From the IMG/VR virus record IMGVR_UViG_3300023218_000062: 64,000 nt of DNA; one strand, given 5' to 3'. The stretch's first letter is position 1, and each line of letters begins with the position of its first letter. The translations under genes and the position numbers were made by a program. Shown piece after piece: positions 1 through 10,418 of the stretch. The stretch is from a virus (lineage: Duplodnaviria; Caudoviricetes). The notes under the pieces are model-generated. The model was not told where the DNA came from. It did not search any database and worked only from the letters and a program-made list of their open reading frames with translations.

Positions 1-146
1 TATGGTATAAAAGATATTAATCCTCAAAAAATTACTAAAGCTATTTATATAAAATGGAAACATATATTAGGTCCAATTTAATATTTTATTGACTTTTTTA
101 GGATAACAATTATACTTATCTTTCAATTTAACGGGGTATAACATTT

Positions 147-397
147 ATGGATAGCAAACAATTCAATAGAATAAGGTCTAATGCATTATCTGAAGCTTCT
201 TGGGAACATAGAAATCTAGTTCTAAAAATAAAATTACAAAAGAACTAGAAGAAGCTGGATATATTATTAATTCATTAATTGATAATTATGCATTACGACA
301 GGATGGTGTTTTATTCCCTTATTCGGAACAACCAATTGAAATTCAGTCTGCAATAGGTTTTGTAACTGAAGTTACTGGCGAAAACAAATATGTATAA
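147..397 (+). pseudogene. frameshifted small hypothetical ORF
   Basis: ATG at 147 (MDSKQFNRIRSNALSEASWEHRNLVLK) continues in another frame (KITKELEEAGYIINSLIDNY...KYV*, TAA 395-397) across an A-rich run; 251 nt, one base short of in-frame. Confidence 0.35.
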
Positions 398-454
398 TAT
401 AAAAATATTATCATTTTCGTATTAATTTGAATTGAACTTCTGTTTCGTCATCAT

Positions 455-736
455 TTAATATAAGGGTAAATTTTGTAGATTTCGTTTAATTAATCTATTA
501 TACACATTTGCTCTATTTTTACTAAAATCTTTTGGGTCAGTATTTGGATCGGAGATATAAAAGTCTATTTTCTCTGCAGAAAAATGTATTTCACCAATAT
601 ATTTGTGATTATTATCAATAAACGTTTTGAGTACATCTATAACGGTACTTAAACGCCAACTTCTTAGAGCAGAACAGGCATTTAAGATTACTAGACTCTG
701 AATATAAACCTGAAAGAAGCCGTATAGTGGATACAC
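455..736 (-). CDS. hypothetical protein, probably a truncated paralog of 4538..5032
   Basis: C-terminus RANVYNRLIKRNLQNLP resembles REKVYRRLLNRNLGQLP of 4538..5032. Confidence 0.45.
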   Translation of the reverse strand: MYPLYGFFQVYIQSLVILNACSALRSWRLSTVIDVLKTFIDNNHKYIGEIHFSAEKIDFYISDPNTDPKDFSKNRANVYNRLIKRNLQNLPLY

Positions 737-851
737 CTAGGGATTTTGCTAAAGCCATTAGTGATAATTTTTGAATCTGCCGTAAATCAAAAGCCCCCTA
801 AATGGCTCACACATAAATCAAAAGTCATCTAAATGACTCATACATGAATCA

Positions 852-1436
852 TCAATGATGGTCAGCTTTATTAATAGGTTGAGCATTTAAAAATTCTACA
901 ACATCATCTAATGATCGAGGGGAATGATCTGTAGGCATATCATTACTATCTACACCAACATCCATTGATCGTCCTATTTGTGGCAATGATCCATGTGAAT
1001 GTCCATACAAATGTATGGCACCATGATGATGTTTATTCCAAACTCTATGAGCATAATGGCACATGTATATTGGTGTTTTATTATAATTACATTCTATTAC
1101 ATCACAGAATAATTTAATTTTCTTAGTTCTCTTACAAAAATTTTGAACCGCATCAGATGCCATTTGTCTATCATGGTTCCCATATATAAAGTATTGAGTT
1201 CCTTTGAGTTTTTTAAGGATTTCTATGATTTTATTTTGATTGAGGAATGCGAAATCTCCTAGATTGAAAACAATATCATCGTGTCCAACCTTTGAGTTCC
1301 AATTTTCAATGAGGGTTTCATTCATTTCTTCAACAGAAGAAAATGGTCTATTACTATATTGGATAACATTTTTATGTCCAATATGCATATCTGATGTTAC
1401 CCAATATTTTATATTGTTTTGCAATTTTATTTTCAT
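852..1436 (-). CDS. calcineurin-like metallophosphoesterase
   Basis: motifs TSDMHIGH, LGDF, GNHD, CHY, GHSH. Confidence 0.9.
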   Translation of the reverse strand: MKIKLQNNIKYWVTSDMHIGHKNVIQYSNRPFSSVEEMNETLIENWNSKVGHDDIVFNLGDFAFLNQNKIIEILKKLKGTQYFIYGNHDRQMASDAVQNFCKRTKKIKLFCDVIECNYNKTPIYMCHYAHRVWNKHHHGAIHLYGHSHGSLPQIGRSMDVGVDSNDMPTDHSPRSLDDVVEFLNAQPINKADHH

Positions 1437-1568
1437 AATATCTATATTATACTATGTTAGAATTTAAAAATCAAGCAGTTAAATCTTTAAATGTATTGTT
1501 AATGAGGGAAAACTCTACTACATCTAATCCCCTCAAATTATTTTCTTTTACGCTCCAATTTCTCGGAA

Positions 1569-1796
1569 GTGATTTTAAATTTTTATATATCAATCTTCAA
1601 TCATATTATTAAAAATAAATTATGGGAGGATCCATATTTTCCTAGAATATATAAGCAGCGTAACGTGAAAGACTCTTCTGGTCATGGTGCCAAGCGTGCT
1701 CAAATGGAAAAGCTGGAAGCGGTATCCGTATTATCTGATGAAGAATTGAAAGCCTTATTTCAATTTCCTATAAATATATTATATACATTAAGGTAA
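1569..1796 (+). pseudogene. fragment of a kinase-like gene paralogous to 8156..8878
   Basis: IIKNKLWEDPYFPRIY...MEKLE aligns by eye with VIKYKLWENPHFPRVY...IEKLT; both termini missing. Confidence 0.6.
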
Positions 1797-1801
1797 TAGT
1801 A

Positions 1802-2710
1802 GATAATTTTATATATGTCTACGCAAATGAAATCGCCAAGCGACCGCAGAAGATAACATTAGTAAGTCCAAACCAATTAGAGATAACCGTATGAGAAAAC
1901 ACTGGCTCTCTTCCAAGCATTAAAAGTTCCATCGACGAACTTAAAAAGTTCAATTTAAATTCTTCAACGACCCCTATAAATATAAAAGTTTTACCGGGGC
2001 ATATTGAAAAGGAGCCAGTAATATTACAAGGTGGTAATTTCTCAAATATAAGTATTGCTTCAGAGGATTCAGAAGTTTTAGTGTCAAGAGAAAGCATGCT
2101 AAATTTTTATGGCCAAGGGGAGTCAGATAAACCATTTTTCCATTTTACTAATCGTTGTATTGGCCCAACAATTCGTACAATATTTTCTCTTGATAATAGT
2201 GGCACTGTAATAAATTTTGATGGAAAAGCAGACAGTTTAATAGGTTTATTAATAGATGGCTCATCTGATGCATTTATTTTATCAGAAAATGGAATCAAAA
2301 AAGCCGGATTTCATAATTTCCCCTTTAAAGCTATTGAATGTAATGAAGCATCTACACTAATAACAGATAACAAATTTGAATTAGACAATTTAAATTCTGG
2401 AGATGGGGACGAATTCACCACGGTGGCAACTGATGTAGGTGTGGGTCTAGATATTAACGCCTCAAGAGTAGTGATTCCCTTTGCAACAATTAGTAATTTT
2501 GCGGGCAACGGAATACGATTAAATAATGGTGTAGATGCATTTATTCGAGCCAATGTTGGAGAATCTGGTAAAAGTAATGCAGATGAATTATTGATAAATA
2601 ATGCATGTATTTTTAGAACTTCTTTTATAAACATAGACGGTGTTGGAACAATCACAGATTCCCTCACACAATTTATTGGGGCACCACCTGCAAATATTAC
2701 TATCAGTTAA
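1802..2710 (+). pseudogene. tail-fibre/beta-helix-like gene interrupted by an in-frame TGA (annotated ORF 2081..2710 is the 3' part)
   Basis: the 2081 frame stays open upstream to TGA 1892-1894 and again before it (KITLVSPNQLEITV*ENTGSLPSIKSSIDEL...INIKVLPG...ISIASEDSEV); Gly/Asn-rich beta-strand pattern. Confidence 0.5.
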
Positions 2711-2784
2711 TTAAAGAATATAATCTATATATAAATCTTTTTCTGCATGATATAAATATAGGTACATAAAATAAAATCATTATT

Positions 2785-4527
2785 ATGCATTTACGAGCAA
2801 TTTTACATTTAATATCAGATGATACATGGTGGGCAGAAAGCCAAAATGGAATATTTGAAATACAAATAGCTACTGAAAAAGAACCCCCAGTAGAAGTACC
2901 ACTGCTCATAGAAATAGAAAAAGAAACTAATACATTAATAGGATATAAAAGAGATTATTCTATTGCAAGTGAATCTAACGAAACTAATCGTATGCAAATG
3001 TTTCTTGCAAAAATTATTGTTGGCGAAGATAATGAAATAACAGAGGCAGATGTTGATATTATAGAAAAGGAAGCCAAATTTACACAAGATATTTTACGAG
3101 ATTCGTTTCCAAATTTGAATATTACAGTAATTGGGGGAGTACGTAAAGTCCCTGAAGGAACTAGAATTTCAATATTCGGAGATGTATGGGGATTTTTAGA
3201 TGCACCAGAGGGAACAACACATAGACATGCACGTGGAGGAGTTACCTCATCTGTATCTGGCCGTGCATTAATTGGAGGCACTAAAGCAGTTTCGTTTTTA
3301 AATGGGTCAATTGGAACTGTAATTCATGAAAGTGGGCACATGATAGGTATGGGCCATTCCGGCAAGGGGCAAAGAGTATATGGTGAAACTAAAGCATGGA
3401 TGGGAAATTCACCAAATAGATTATATTTTAATGCCCCACATTTATGGAAAGTAGGAGCAATCCCAAATGAATTAGTTACTACGGCCGCAGGATCCGATAA
3501 TATATCAATGAATCTCGTAGATGCAGATGCTCCATTATTATCTGTTCGAGAAGGTGAACAAAAATTAATTGAACTATCATATAATTCTGCTGCCCCTAGT
3601 AGAAAATTAGCTGTATCATTTCAAAATGAACAAATTTATATCCATAGCCCATGGAATACTGCAACCGATAATTGGATTCAAACCAGACAAATTGATAATT
3701 TAAGAAAAGGACAAACATGGGAAGATTCTGAATATGATACAAGAATAACGTTTCATGATCTGACTGATTTCTCAGCAGCAGTAACATGTAGCAAGCTCTC
3801 CGAAAATATATCTCCTCCTACCCCTATCATAAATACAACACCAGAAGGAATAAATTTTAATTCCCAAAGCGGATGGTACGGAAATAATGCATGGTCTGTC
3901 CAAGGTCTTTCAATATTTTATTTACAAGACCGTAATAAAATATTGGTAGAATGGTTAGGATGGCTTCCCAGCAAACAATCAAATGGTAGAATAATAGACT
4001 CCGAGCAAATGTGGGCGTTTGGAGTATGGGATATAACAAATAATTTTGCACAAGGTACATTAACCGCTGGCATTCCTAACCCCTTTACTGGTATAATAGA
4101 TGTCCGAGAGGTAGGAAGCGGAAGTATATACTTCCCCGAAGACGGAAAATGTTTATTTCAAGCAACACACGAACGACTAGGTAGGTTTACAATGCCCGCA
4201 GAAAGAATTGCCAAAGCATCTGATCATCCACTTACAGGAAGATGGGGATTGGGGAATAAAGAAGGATTTATCGCTGGCGTCGCAGATCACGGGAAAGTAG
4301 TTGGATATCATTTACATTATGGAAATAGATCTCAAAAATGGAATATGATAATAGGAGATGATTTGGATGATTTAGAAATTAAATCTATTTCAGGCGGATA
4401 TCCCGGAATAAAAGCAGATGCAGTTAATACAACAATTGGGGCTGCTTCCATTTCGTTAGATTCTAAGAAGATGTCTCTGAATATCGATAATTCTACTATT
4501 GTCAAAAATATGCATAAATTAGCTTAA
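2785..4527 (+). CDS. zinc metalloprotease (M11/gametolysin-like metzincin) with C-terminal beta domains
   Basis: HESGHMIGMGHS = HExxHxxGxxH; 580 aa; TATAAATA upstream at ~2751. Confidence 0.75.
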   Translation: MHLRAILHLISDDTWWAESQNGIFEIQIATEKEPPVEVPLLIEIEKETNTLIGYKRDYSIASESNETNRMQMFLAKIIVGEDNEITEADVDIIEKEAKFTQDILRDSFPNLNITVIGGVRKVPEGTRISIFGDVWGFLDAPEGTTHRHARGGVTSSVSGRALIGGTKAVSFLNGSIGTVIHESGHMIGMGHSGKGQRVYGETKAWMGNSPNRLYFNAPHLWKVGAIPNELVTTAAGSDNISMNLVDADAPLLSVREGEQKLIELSYNSAAPSRKLAVSFQNEQIYIHSPWNTATDNWIQTRQIDNLRKGQTWEDSEYDTRITFHDLTDFSAAVTCSKLSENISPPTPIINTTPEGINFNSQSGWYGNNAWSVQGLSIFYLQDRNKILVEWLGWLPSKQSNGRIIDSEQMWAFGVWDITNNFAQGTLTAGIPNPFTGIIDVREVGSGSIYFPEDGKCLFQATHERLGRFTMPAERIAKASDHPLTGRWGLGNKEGFIAGVADHGKVVGYHLHYGNRSQKWNMIIGDDLDDLEIKSISGGYPGIKADAVNTTIGAASISLDSKKMSLNIDNSTIVKNMHKLA

Positions 4528-4537
4528 AATATAAGCG

Positions 4538-5032
4538 TCATATCCTTTTAAAATTCTTATTGATAAGCGCAAATACTAGTAATTTATCATTACCAGATTC
4601 GTTTACATACCAATCCCCCGGCAATTGTCCTAAATTTCTATTTAATAATCGTCTATATACTTTTTCTCGTGCATAGTTATATGATGGTATGGGCTTTTGC
4701 ACTCCAAAAATAATTTCTTCTATTACGTTAACATGTTTATATATAAAAAAACGTAATATGTCTATTACGGTAGATAATACTTTATATTGTGAGCCCATAT
4801 TGGTTAATTGATCATCGCCATCCATAAAAAAATTTATTTCATATGTATAATCATCTTCTTCTTCACCCCGGATTATATTAACCTCATAATTCCTTCCATC
4901 AATTATAAATAATGCTTTATAAATTTCTGGTACGCCATTTTTATTTTTACTTTGTTTAATCCATCTCCAGTTTACCGGAGAAGAGTCAAACGATTCTAAT
5001 ATACTAATTATATCCATGTTCCTTTCTGTCAA
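4538..5032 (-). CDS. hypothetical protein, putative head-packaged protein
   Basis: ORF with (M)DIISILE leader; TATAAATA on the minus strand at ~5094-5101. Confidence 0.7.
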   Translation of the reverse strand: MTERNMDIISILESFDSSPVNWRWIKQSKNKNGVPEIYKALFIIDGRNYEVNIIRGEEEDDYTYEINFFMDGDDQLTNMGSQYKVLSTVIDILRFFIYKHVNVIEEIIFGVQKPIPSYNYAREKVYRRLLNRNLGQLPGDWYVNESGNDKLLVFALINKNFKRI

Positions 5033-5115
5033 TATTCGAACTTTGCCGTATAAAATTTTTATTCATAATATAATTGCATATAATTCTATCATATATTTAT
5101 ATAGTTAACATAAAT

Positions 5116-5766
5116 TTATAACCGTCGTTTATCCTGTTGCTCACTTTTCCACGCGTTTGCCGCATGATGATTTATTGGAGCGGACAAGAATTTATTAATA
5201 TAAGATTGATTTTTTGAAATACTATTCTGTAAATCGTTACTAGAATCGTTGTTAATGACAACAAAATTTCTAAATATTTTCCGTATCTGTGAAATATTGG
5301 ATTTAACCTCTTCATGCATCTTTTCAGACTCTCTAGGGTCAACTCTTCTACGCCTAGATTCACTACGATCTAATGCAATTTCCAATGAAGTTTTAACATA
5401 TATAGCTAATGTGTCATAACCCAAATCTTTTAACTTTTCATTAATTTTTCGCATTCTATTCAACTTTCTTCCAGTAGAATCAATCAATAAACCCATTCTA
5501 CCATCAACATGCATGTTCATTTTTCTTTGCGCAACCTGAGCACTATACTTTCGCAAATATTCATCATATCCCCTCCCCACAATTCCAATATTGGCAGTTA
5601 AGTGCTCATAAATATCATCTAAATTAACTGTCCGTAATCCGGTCCCCCTGAAAAGTTTTGATGCCACATATGTTTTTCCACTGCCGGGCCCACCAACCAT
5701 AAAAACTGCTTTAAAAATATGTTGATCATATAACCCTTCATTTATAATATCATTAATATCCATCAT
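5116..5766 (-). CDS. P-loop kinase (zeta-toxin/AAA_33-like)
   Basis: Walker A GGPGSGKT, Walker B LLIDST, lid ALDRSESRRR. Confidence 0.8.
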   Translation of the reverse strand: MMDINDIINEGLYDQHIFKAVFMVGGPGSGKTYVASKLFRGTGLRTVNLDDIYEHLTANIGIVGRGYDEYLRKYSAQVAQRKMNMHVDGRMGLLIDSTGRKLNRMRKINEKLKDLGYDTLAIYVKTSLEIALDRSESRRRRVDPRESEKMHEEVKSNISQIRKIFRNFVVINNDSSNDLQNSISKNQSYINKFLSAPINHHAANAWKSEQQDKRRL

Positions 5767-6575
5767 ATAGCCTCTATAGTTTTTTTAATGTGATAATAAA
5801 TATCATCTCCCAATATCATACAAGTGTCATTCGTCCAAAGTTCTTTAAATTTTATATCTGGTAAAGAAGTTCTTATATCAATAGTAGAGACCGTGGTGGG
5901 ATCAAAAAAATCATTTAAAAACATTATTACAGATTCTCTAGTAATTTTATCATCACCACCGGAATACTTAGATATTGCACTATGTAATTCCCTCAACGCC
6001 CCCGTCAAATTTATAGATACTTGTGCTTGCGTTAAATTACTATATTTTTCAATATAACGAGGTATTTTGTTATTAATAAAATCCTCCCAGCTTTTCGGTG
6101 TGTCAAATAGCCCTCTAATAGCAACATCAAATGAATAGAGACTACGCACATAAGTATTATCCATCTTTTTTCTGTATGCATACCAAAAATCTGTGTCTGA
6201 TACGATTGCTTTAAATTTATTTGGCAATACAACACTTGAAATTGCACCATACATTATAGCAGTTTTTCTATCAGCAGTACATATTAGCGCGCGATTTCTC
6301 TTAGGTAATCCCCTCCAACTATCAATATTGCTAATAATTTCCGTATATCCAAAACCAGTTTTTTCACTCCCCCCTCTAGTACCAACGGAGGGATCAACTA
6401 ATATCGGATGCATATTTTGAGAATAAGTTGCCGAGCCCCTATATAATACAGGATAATCAAATTGTTTGAAATAATTAGAATAGGTAGTCTTGGCTAGTTG
6501 TATAACCTCATCCATTTCTAACATACGTGTTCTATTAGATGAAGTTTCCAATAGTACTATGTCATGTAATTTCAT
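5763..6575 (-). CDS. hypothetical phage protein (LYRG family), paralog of 6572..7372
   Basis: shared LYRGS...PKR..ALIC..A..YG...P...E.WT motifs; ATGA overlap with the next gene. Confidence 0.75.
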   Translation of the reverse strand: MKLHDIVLLETSSNRTRMLEMDEVIQLAKTTYSNYFKQFDYPVLYRGSATYSQNMHPILVDPSVGTRGGSEKTGFGYTEIISNIDSWRGLPKRNRALICTADRKTAIMYGAISSVVLPNKFKAIVSDTDFWYAYRKKMDNTYVRSLYSFDVAIRGLFDTPKSWEDFINNKIPRYIEKYSNLTQAQVSINLTGALRELHSAISKYSGGDDKITRESVIMFLNDFFDPTTVSTIDIRTSLPDIKFKELWTNDTCMILGDDIYYHIKKTIEAI

Positions 6576-7372
6576 GATAATACCGCTTTCTGTAAATCAG
6601 TATATTCCACATTCTCATTTATAAGAATACATGTATTATCTGTCCAAACTTCATTTTTCAAATAAAGTTTAGATATCTCTGAATGAGAATTTATTATAGA
6701 AAACTTGTTTTTATCAGGATGAAGAATATTATTCATGATAATATCATATGCATTCATATTCATATTTGTTTTAAGTTCGTGTTTAATATATTCGTATAAC
6801 TTATTAGAACCTACAGGAACCGCTTTGACTGTTTCATATGTAATACTTTCTAACACCTCCCGTAATCCCTGATATGTTTTAATTTTGCTTAAAGGAAAGA
6901 ATTTATTCACCATGTTTCTAAGACTCATGTTAAAGTCATATAAGCCAGATATGTTTTTATCAGACAGCCCATGTTTAAAACCATCCCATAAATCTGGTGT
7001 AGGTACGACACCCATCCTAAATGAATCAGGTGGTATTACAGCATATACTGTCCCATATGCGGAGGCGAAATGTTTAGACATAGAACATATCAAAGATTCA
7101 GAACGTTTCGGATATGCAGACCATAAAGGATCATTACTCATTAACAACGTATATTCATTACTCGTATGCGCCGAAATTCTTCCCCTCGCCTTAGGATTAG
7201 CTATACTAGCTACCGCACGTCCAATAGAAGAACTACCCCTAAAAATATGATAATTATCCTGTGTATCAAAATATTGAGAATAACCATTCTTCAGTATCTC
7301 AACAAGTTTATTCTGATCATGTATTAAAGTCTTATATGATGACTCACTTTCATAAAGTTGATAAAGTAACAT
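6572..7372 (-). CDS. hypothetical phage protein (IFRG family), paralog of 5763..6575
   Basis: IFRGS...PKRSESLICS...AYG...PPD...EVWT; ATGA overlap. Confidence 0.75.
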   Translation of the reverse strand: MLLYQLYESESSYKTLIHDQNKLVEILKNGYSQYFDTQDNYHIFRGSSSIGRAVASIANPKARGRISAHTSNEYTLLMSNDPLWSAYPKRSESLICSMSKHFASAYGTVYAVIPPDSFRMGVVPTPDLWDGFKHGLSDKNISGLYDFNMSLRNMVNKFFPLSKIKTYQGLREVLESITYETVKAVPVGSNKLYEYIKHELKTNMNMNAYDIIMNNILHPDKNKFSIINSHSEISKLYLKNEVWTDNTCILINENVEYTDLQKAVLS

Positions 7373-7463
7373 ATATTATTTCATTATATATTCATATATT
7401 TATTTTGAAATGCTTTTGATCTTAAAAAAATAAGTATGTGCAGACTCTGAGACAGAGTATAAA

Positions 7464-7546
7464 AGAAATGTTAATGCAGCAAAGAATATGAATACTATCG
7501 TCACGCAAGAGGAATCCCCCCGTGCGTTAAAACGGCGAAGAGGGTC
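7464..7546 (+). mobile_element. IS200/IS605 tnpB 3'-end relic
   Basis: encodes RNVNAAKN (TnpB RDxNAAxN motif) followed by GGAATCCCCC...GAAGAGGGTC right-end-like sequence. Confidence 0.6.
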
Positions 7547-7550
7547 TTTT

Positions 7551-7793
7551 TTAATTTAAGCTAGGATACCATTTCTTGGCTAAAGATTCGGATTCAAAAG
7601 AATCTATGTGTTTTTTATTTTTAATTTTTCCATTGATTTCAGTATTTTTATATACCCAATACTCCCCGACAGCCTTTTTAGGCTCCAATGTGTAATATTC
7701 TTTCTTCTCTTCTGTGGTCGGTTTACTCTCTTCGTCAAGTATACCAGACCATTTTTTTAAAAACATAAAATCATTTTCAGATAAATTTTTCAT
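7551..7793 (-). CDS. hypothetical protein
   Basis: 80-aa ORF with GGAG SD upstream. Confidence 0.55.
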   Translation of the reverse strand: MKNLSENDFMFLKKWSGILDEESKPTTEEKKEYYTLEPKKAVGEYWVYKNTEINGKIKNKKHIDSFESESLAKKWYPSLN

Positions 7794-7835
7794 AATATGA
7801 TCACTCTCCTTTATCTCCTTTATCTATCTTACGCC

Positions 7836-8010
7836 TTGACTCTCTCCCCTCCCTAAAGTGAGGGGAATTCCTCCCGCGAGACAGTAGTGCCCTACCGCGA
7901 GAATGTTCTTAGCTGCATTAACATCTCTGTCATGCACTGCGCGCCACAGTCTGTACATGTCTATTCTCTTATTCCAAGTCCTGCCCTACCTTTCGGACTA
8001 TTGTGCTTAA
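7836..8010 (-). mobile_element. tnpB pseudogene fragment plus IS200/IS605 right end
   Basis: translates SPKGRAGLGIRE*TCTDCG(fs)VHDRDVNAAKNILAVGHYCLAGGIP and ends CCCCTCACTTTAGGGAGGGGAGAGAGTCAA. Confidence 0.85.
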
Positions 8011-8155
8011 TTGATCCACAACTCGAATTGGTTTAAAACACTCAATATGTTACTATATATAGTATATAGCAAAAAAAGAAATTAGAACGTACTATTATTA
8101 ATATGACCATCATCGAATTAACCATAAATAGTCTATATTATAATTTCGAATAATT

Positions 8156-8878
8156 ATGAAAATTGGGCAATTATTAGAAATAATATCAGCCTCTAGACAA
8201 GAGCGTACTGTGTCTGGAAATTTTAGAAATTCTGAAGAATGGGGTGCCGGTGATGACAAAAAGGAAAAAGAACGAGGTCGAGATATTGGAAGTTTTTCCA
8301 TAGTTAAACCTGGATCTGATCCTCATACTATAAAAAAATCTTCTAAGTCACCGGATCATCAAATAAGCGATGGTTACTGGCGTTATATAGAGTATGTGAT
8401 AAAATATAAATTATGGGAAAATCCGCATTTTCCTCGTGTATATAATATAAAAAAAATACAGGACGCTCAGGGCGATATAATGATGAGAGGGGAGATAGAA
8501 AAATTAACACCCTTAACAAATCTTAGAATAGATGAAATACAACAATTATATCAATATATATATGGAGTAGAAAATGTTCCTTATGAAATAAAGAAAAGTA
8601 GGGGGCTAGAACAATCTGAAGTAAAAAATTTATATCTCAAACGTTTAGCTACTGACATATTTCATTCTATAAAAGGGTTAGGTAATCAAAGGATTAAGCT
8701 AGATTCTTTCGAAGAGGCAATAAGAATACTCAAAATGATAAAGGAAAAAGAATTTACATCCAATTCTAAAAATAAGATTAGGCCATTTGGCTTTATATAT
8801 GATATTAAAGCTGAAAATATAATGGTTAGAAGAACGCCATATGGGCCACAACTTGTATTCAGTGATCCGTTTGTATAA
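8156..8878 (+). CDS. protein-kinase-like fold protein
   Basis: IGSFSIV (Gly-loop-like), FPRVY, YDIKAENIM (catalytic-loop-like), FSDP. Confidence 0.65.
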   Translation: MKIGQLLEIISASRQERTVSGNFRNSEEWGAGDDKKEKERGRDIGSFSIVKPGSDPHTIKKSSKSPDHQISDGYWRYIEYVIKYKLWENPHFPRVYNIKKIQDAQGDIMMRGEIEKLTPLTNLRIDEIQQLYQYIYGVENVPYEIKKSRGLEQSEVKNLYLKRLATDIFHSIKGLGNQRIKLDSFEEAIRILKMIKEKEFTSNSKNKIRPFGFIYDIKAENIMVRRTPYGPQLVFSDPFV

Positions 8879-8938
8879 GTGATATTATCATAACAGAAGA
8901 TTTTGTATAAATATTCGTGAAAAAATACACAAAATGGT

Positions 8939-9118
8939 ATGAAAAACTTAAATTTAAATGAATTAGCCGTTTATATAGCTGAAGCTGAAGCTGGTAAAGA
9001 AGAAATTAGTATTGCTCAAATTAAAGAAATAATTAACATACTTGGCAATAGATGGAAACTTATGGATGAAAAAGAAGCATTAAAAGAGTTTGAATTAATT
9101 AAAAGCAATGTACGATAA
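8939..9118 (+). CDS. small hypothetical protein (59 aa, below the ORF-track cut-off)
   Basis: MKNLNLNELAVYIAEAEAGKEEISIAQIKE...; overlaps the next start. Confidence 0.55.
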   Translation: MKNLNLNELAVYIAEAEAGKEEISIAQIKEIINILGNRWKLMDEKEALKEFELIKSNVR

Positions 9119-9368
9119 TCTTTCATTAGATATATATTGCTTTCATAATGGAAATTATGTCAAACAAGTATATAACAAAATCACAAATACTCTAGCTGAG
9201 CTTATAGTATATAATGGTGATTGTGAATATATATGGCTCGCAAAATTCCCAATAAAACAAAAAGATTTATCCGATTATCAAAGTAATGATAAGACTGTGA
9301 TGTATGAAGAAAGTCTTTTTAGAATGAACGAAATTTTAAGTGAAATGCGAATTAATTTACCTATTTAA
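9108..9368 (+). CDS. hypothetical protein
   Basis: ORF track, 86 aa. Confidence 0.5.
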   Translation: MYDNLSLDIYCFHNGNYVKQVYNKITNTLAELIVYNGDCEYIWLAKFPIKQKDLSDYQSNDKTVMYEESLFRMNEILSEMRINLPI

Positions 9369-9377
9369 TTCATAGCG

Positions 9378-10418
9378 TTATTCGTTTGCATGTTCTATAA
9401 TATTTTTAAAATTTTTTGTTATTTCTTCCCATGTTAGAAAGGAAATTGAATTAAAACACTTCTTTCGATTCATAGCTATACATTTTAGAACTGCAGCGGT
9501 TAAATTATCATCAATATGCCCGTTTATACCGGGCATTATAATATCCTTTGGTCCCATAACTCTATACCCTGCAACTGGAGTTCCACAAGCCATAGCTTCT
9601 AACATAACAATACCAAATGTATCAGTCTTAGATGGAAACACAAAAATATCCGCATTTTGATATTCTTGTTCTAACTCGTTACCCCTTTTACATCCCATAA
9701 AATTTATTGATTGGTCACTAGCATATTTCTTTTTCAATTTTTTAAGTGCTGGTCCATCACCTACAACGATCTTTTCAAGTTTAGGAACGAAAAATTTCTG
9801 ATCAATATCTAAAAAATCCTCTATATTCTTTTCTTCAGATACCCTTCCTACATACAGAAGTCTTATTTTATTATTATCTCTTATCTTATTTGAAAACTTA
9901 AAAGAAGAGGTATCAACCCCTCTACCCCATGCCCTTATAGTATGGTTTATATCATGGTTGCGTAGCTTCTTTCCCATGGAGTTTGTGGTCACCAATACAC
10001 AATTAGCATTATAGTGTATTTTTCTAAGATATTTGTATACTAATTCTTCTGATATAAATGGAAATTTTTGATTTATATATTCTGGAAAGTTTGTATGATA
10101 TGATGTTGTGTAAGAAACATTATTATTTTTACAAACCCTAGAAGCTTGAAATCCTATAGGCCCTTCAGTTGCTATATGTATATAAACAGGATCAATATTT
10201 TTGATAATTTCAAATATTTTTTGTTTTGGCGGAAACGCCAAACGTATTTGGCGGTAAAATGGTAGGGGTGCAGTAAATTGGAAATCATTTGGTGATATTA
10301 TTGTGACAGTATAATCCATACATTCTAGATGCTTTTTAGTTTGCTTTAATGTAGTGACCACGCCGTTGACTTGTGGCTCATACGCATCAGTAAATATTAA
10401 TAATTTTTTCCTACTCAT
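9378..10418 (-). CDS. GT4 glycosyltransferase, Agt-like glycolipid synthase
   Basis: TDAYEPQVNGVV, HIATEGPIG, YHTNFPEY, RGVD, YVGRVSEEKN, FVFPSKTDTFGIVMLEAMACG. Confidence 0.9.
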   Translation of the reverse strand: MSRKKLLIFTDAYEPQVNGVVTTLKQTKKHLECMDYTVTIISPNDFQFTAPLPFYRQIRLAFPPKQKIFEIIKNIDPVYIHIATEGPIGFQASRVCKNNNVSYTTSYHTNFPEYINQKFPFISEELVYKYLRKIHYNANCVLVTTNSMGKKLRNHDINHTIRAWGRGVDTSSFKFSNKIRDNNKIRLLYVGRVSEEKNIEDFLDIDQKFFVPKLEKIVVGDGPALKKLKKKYASDQSINFMGCKRGNELEQEYQNADIFVFPSKTDTFGIVMLEAMACGTPVAGYRVMGPKDIIMPGINGHIDDNLTAAVLKCIAMNRKKCFNSISFLTWEEITKNFKNIIEHANE

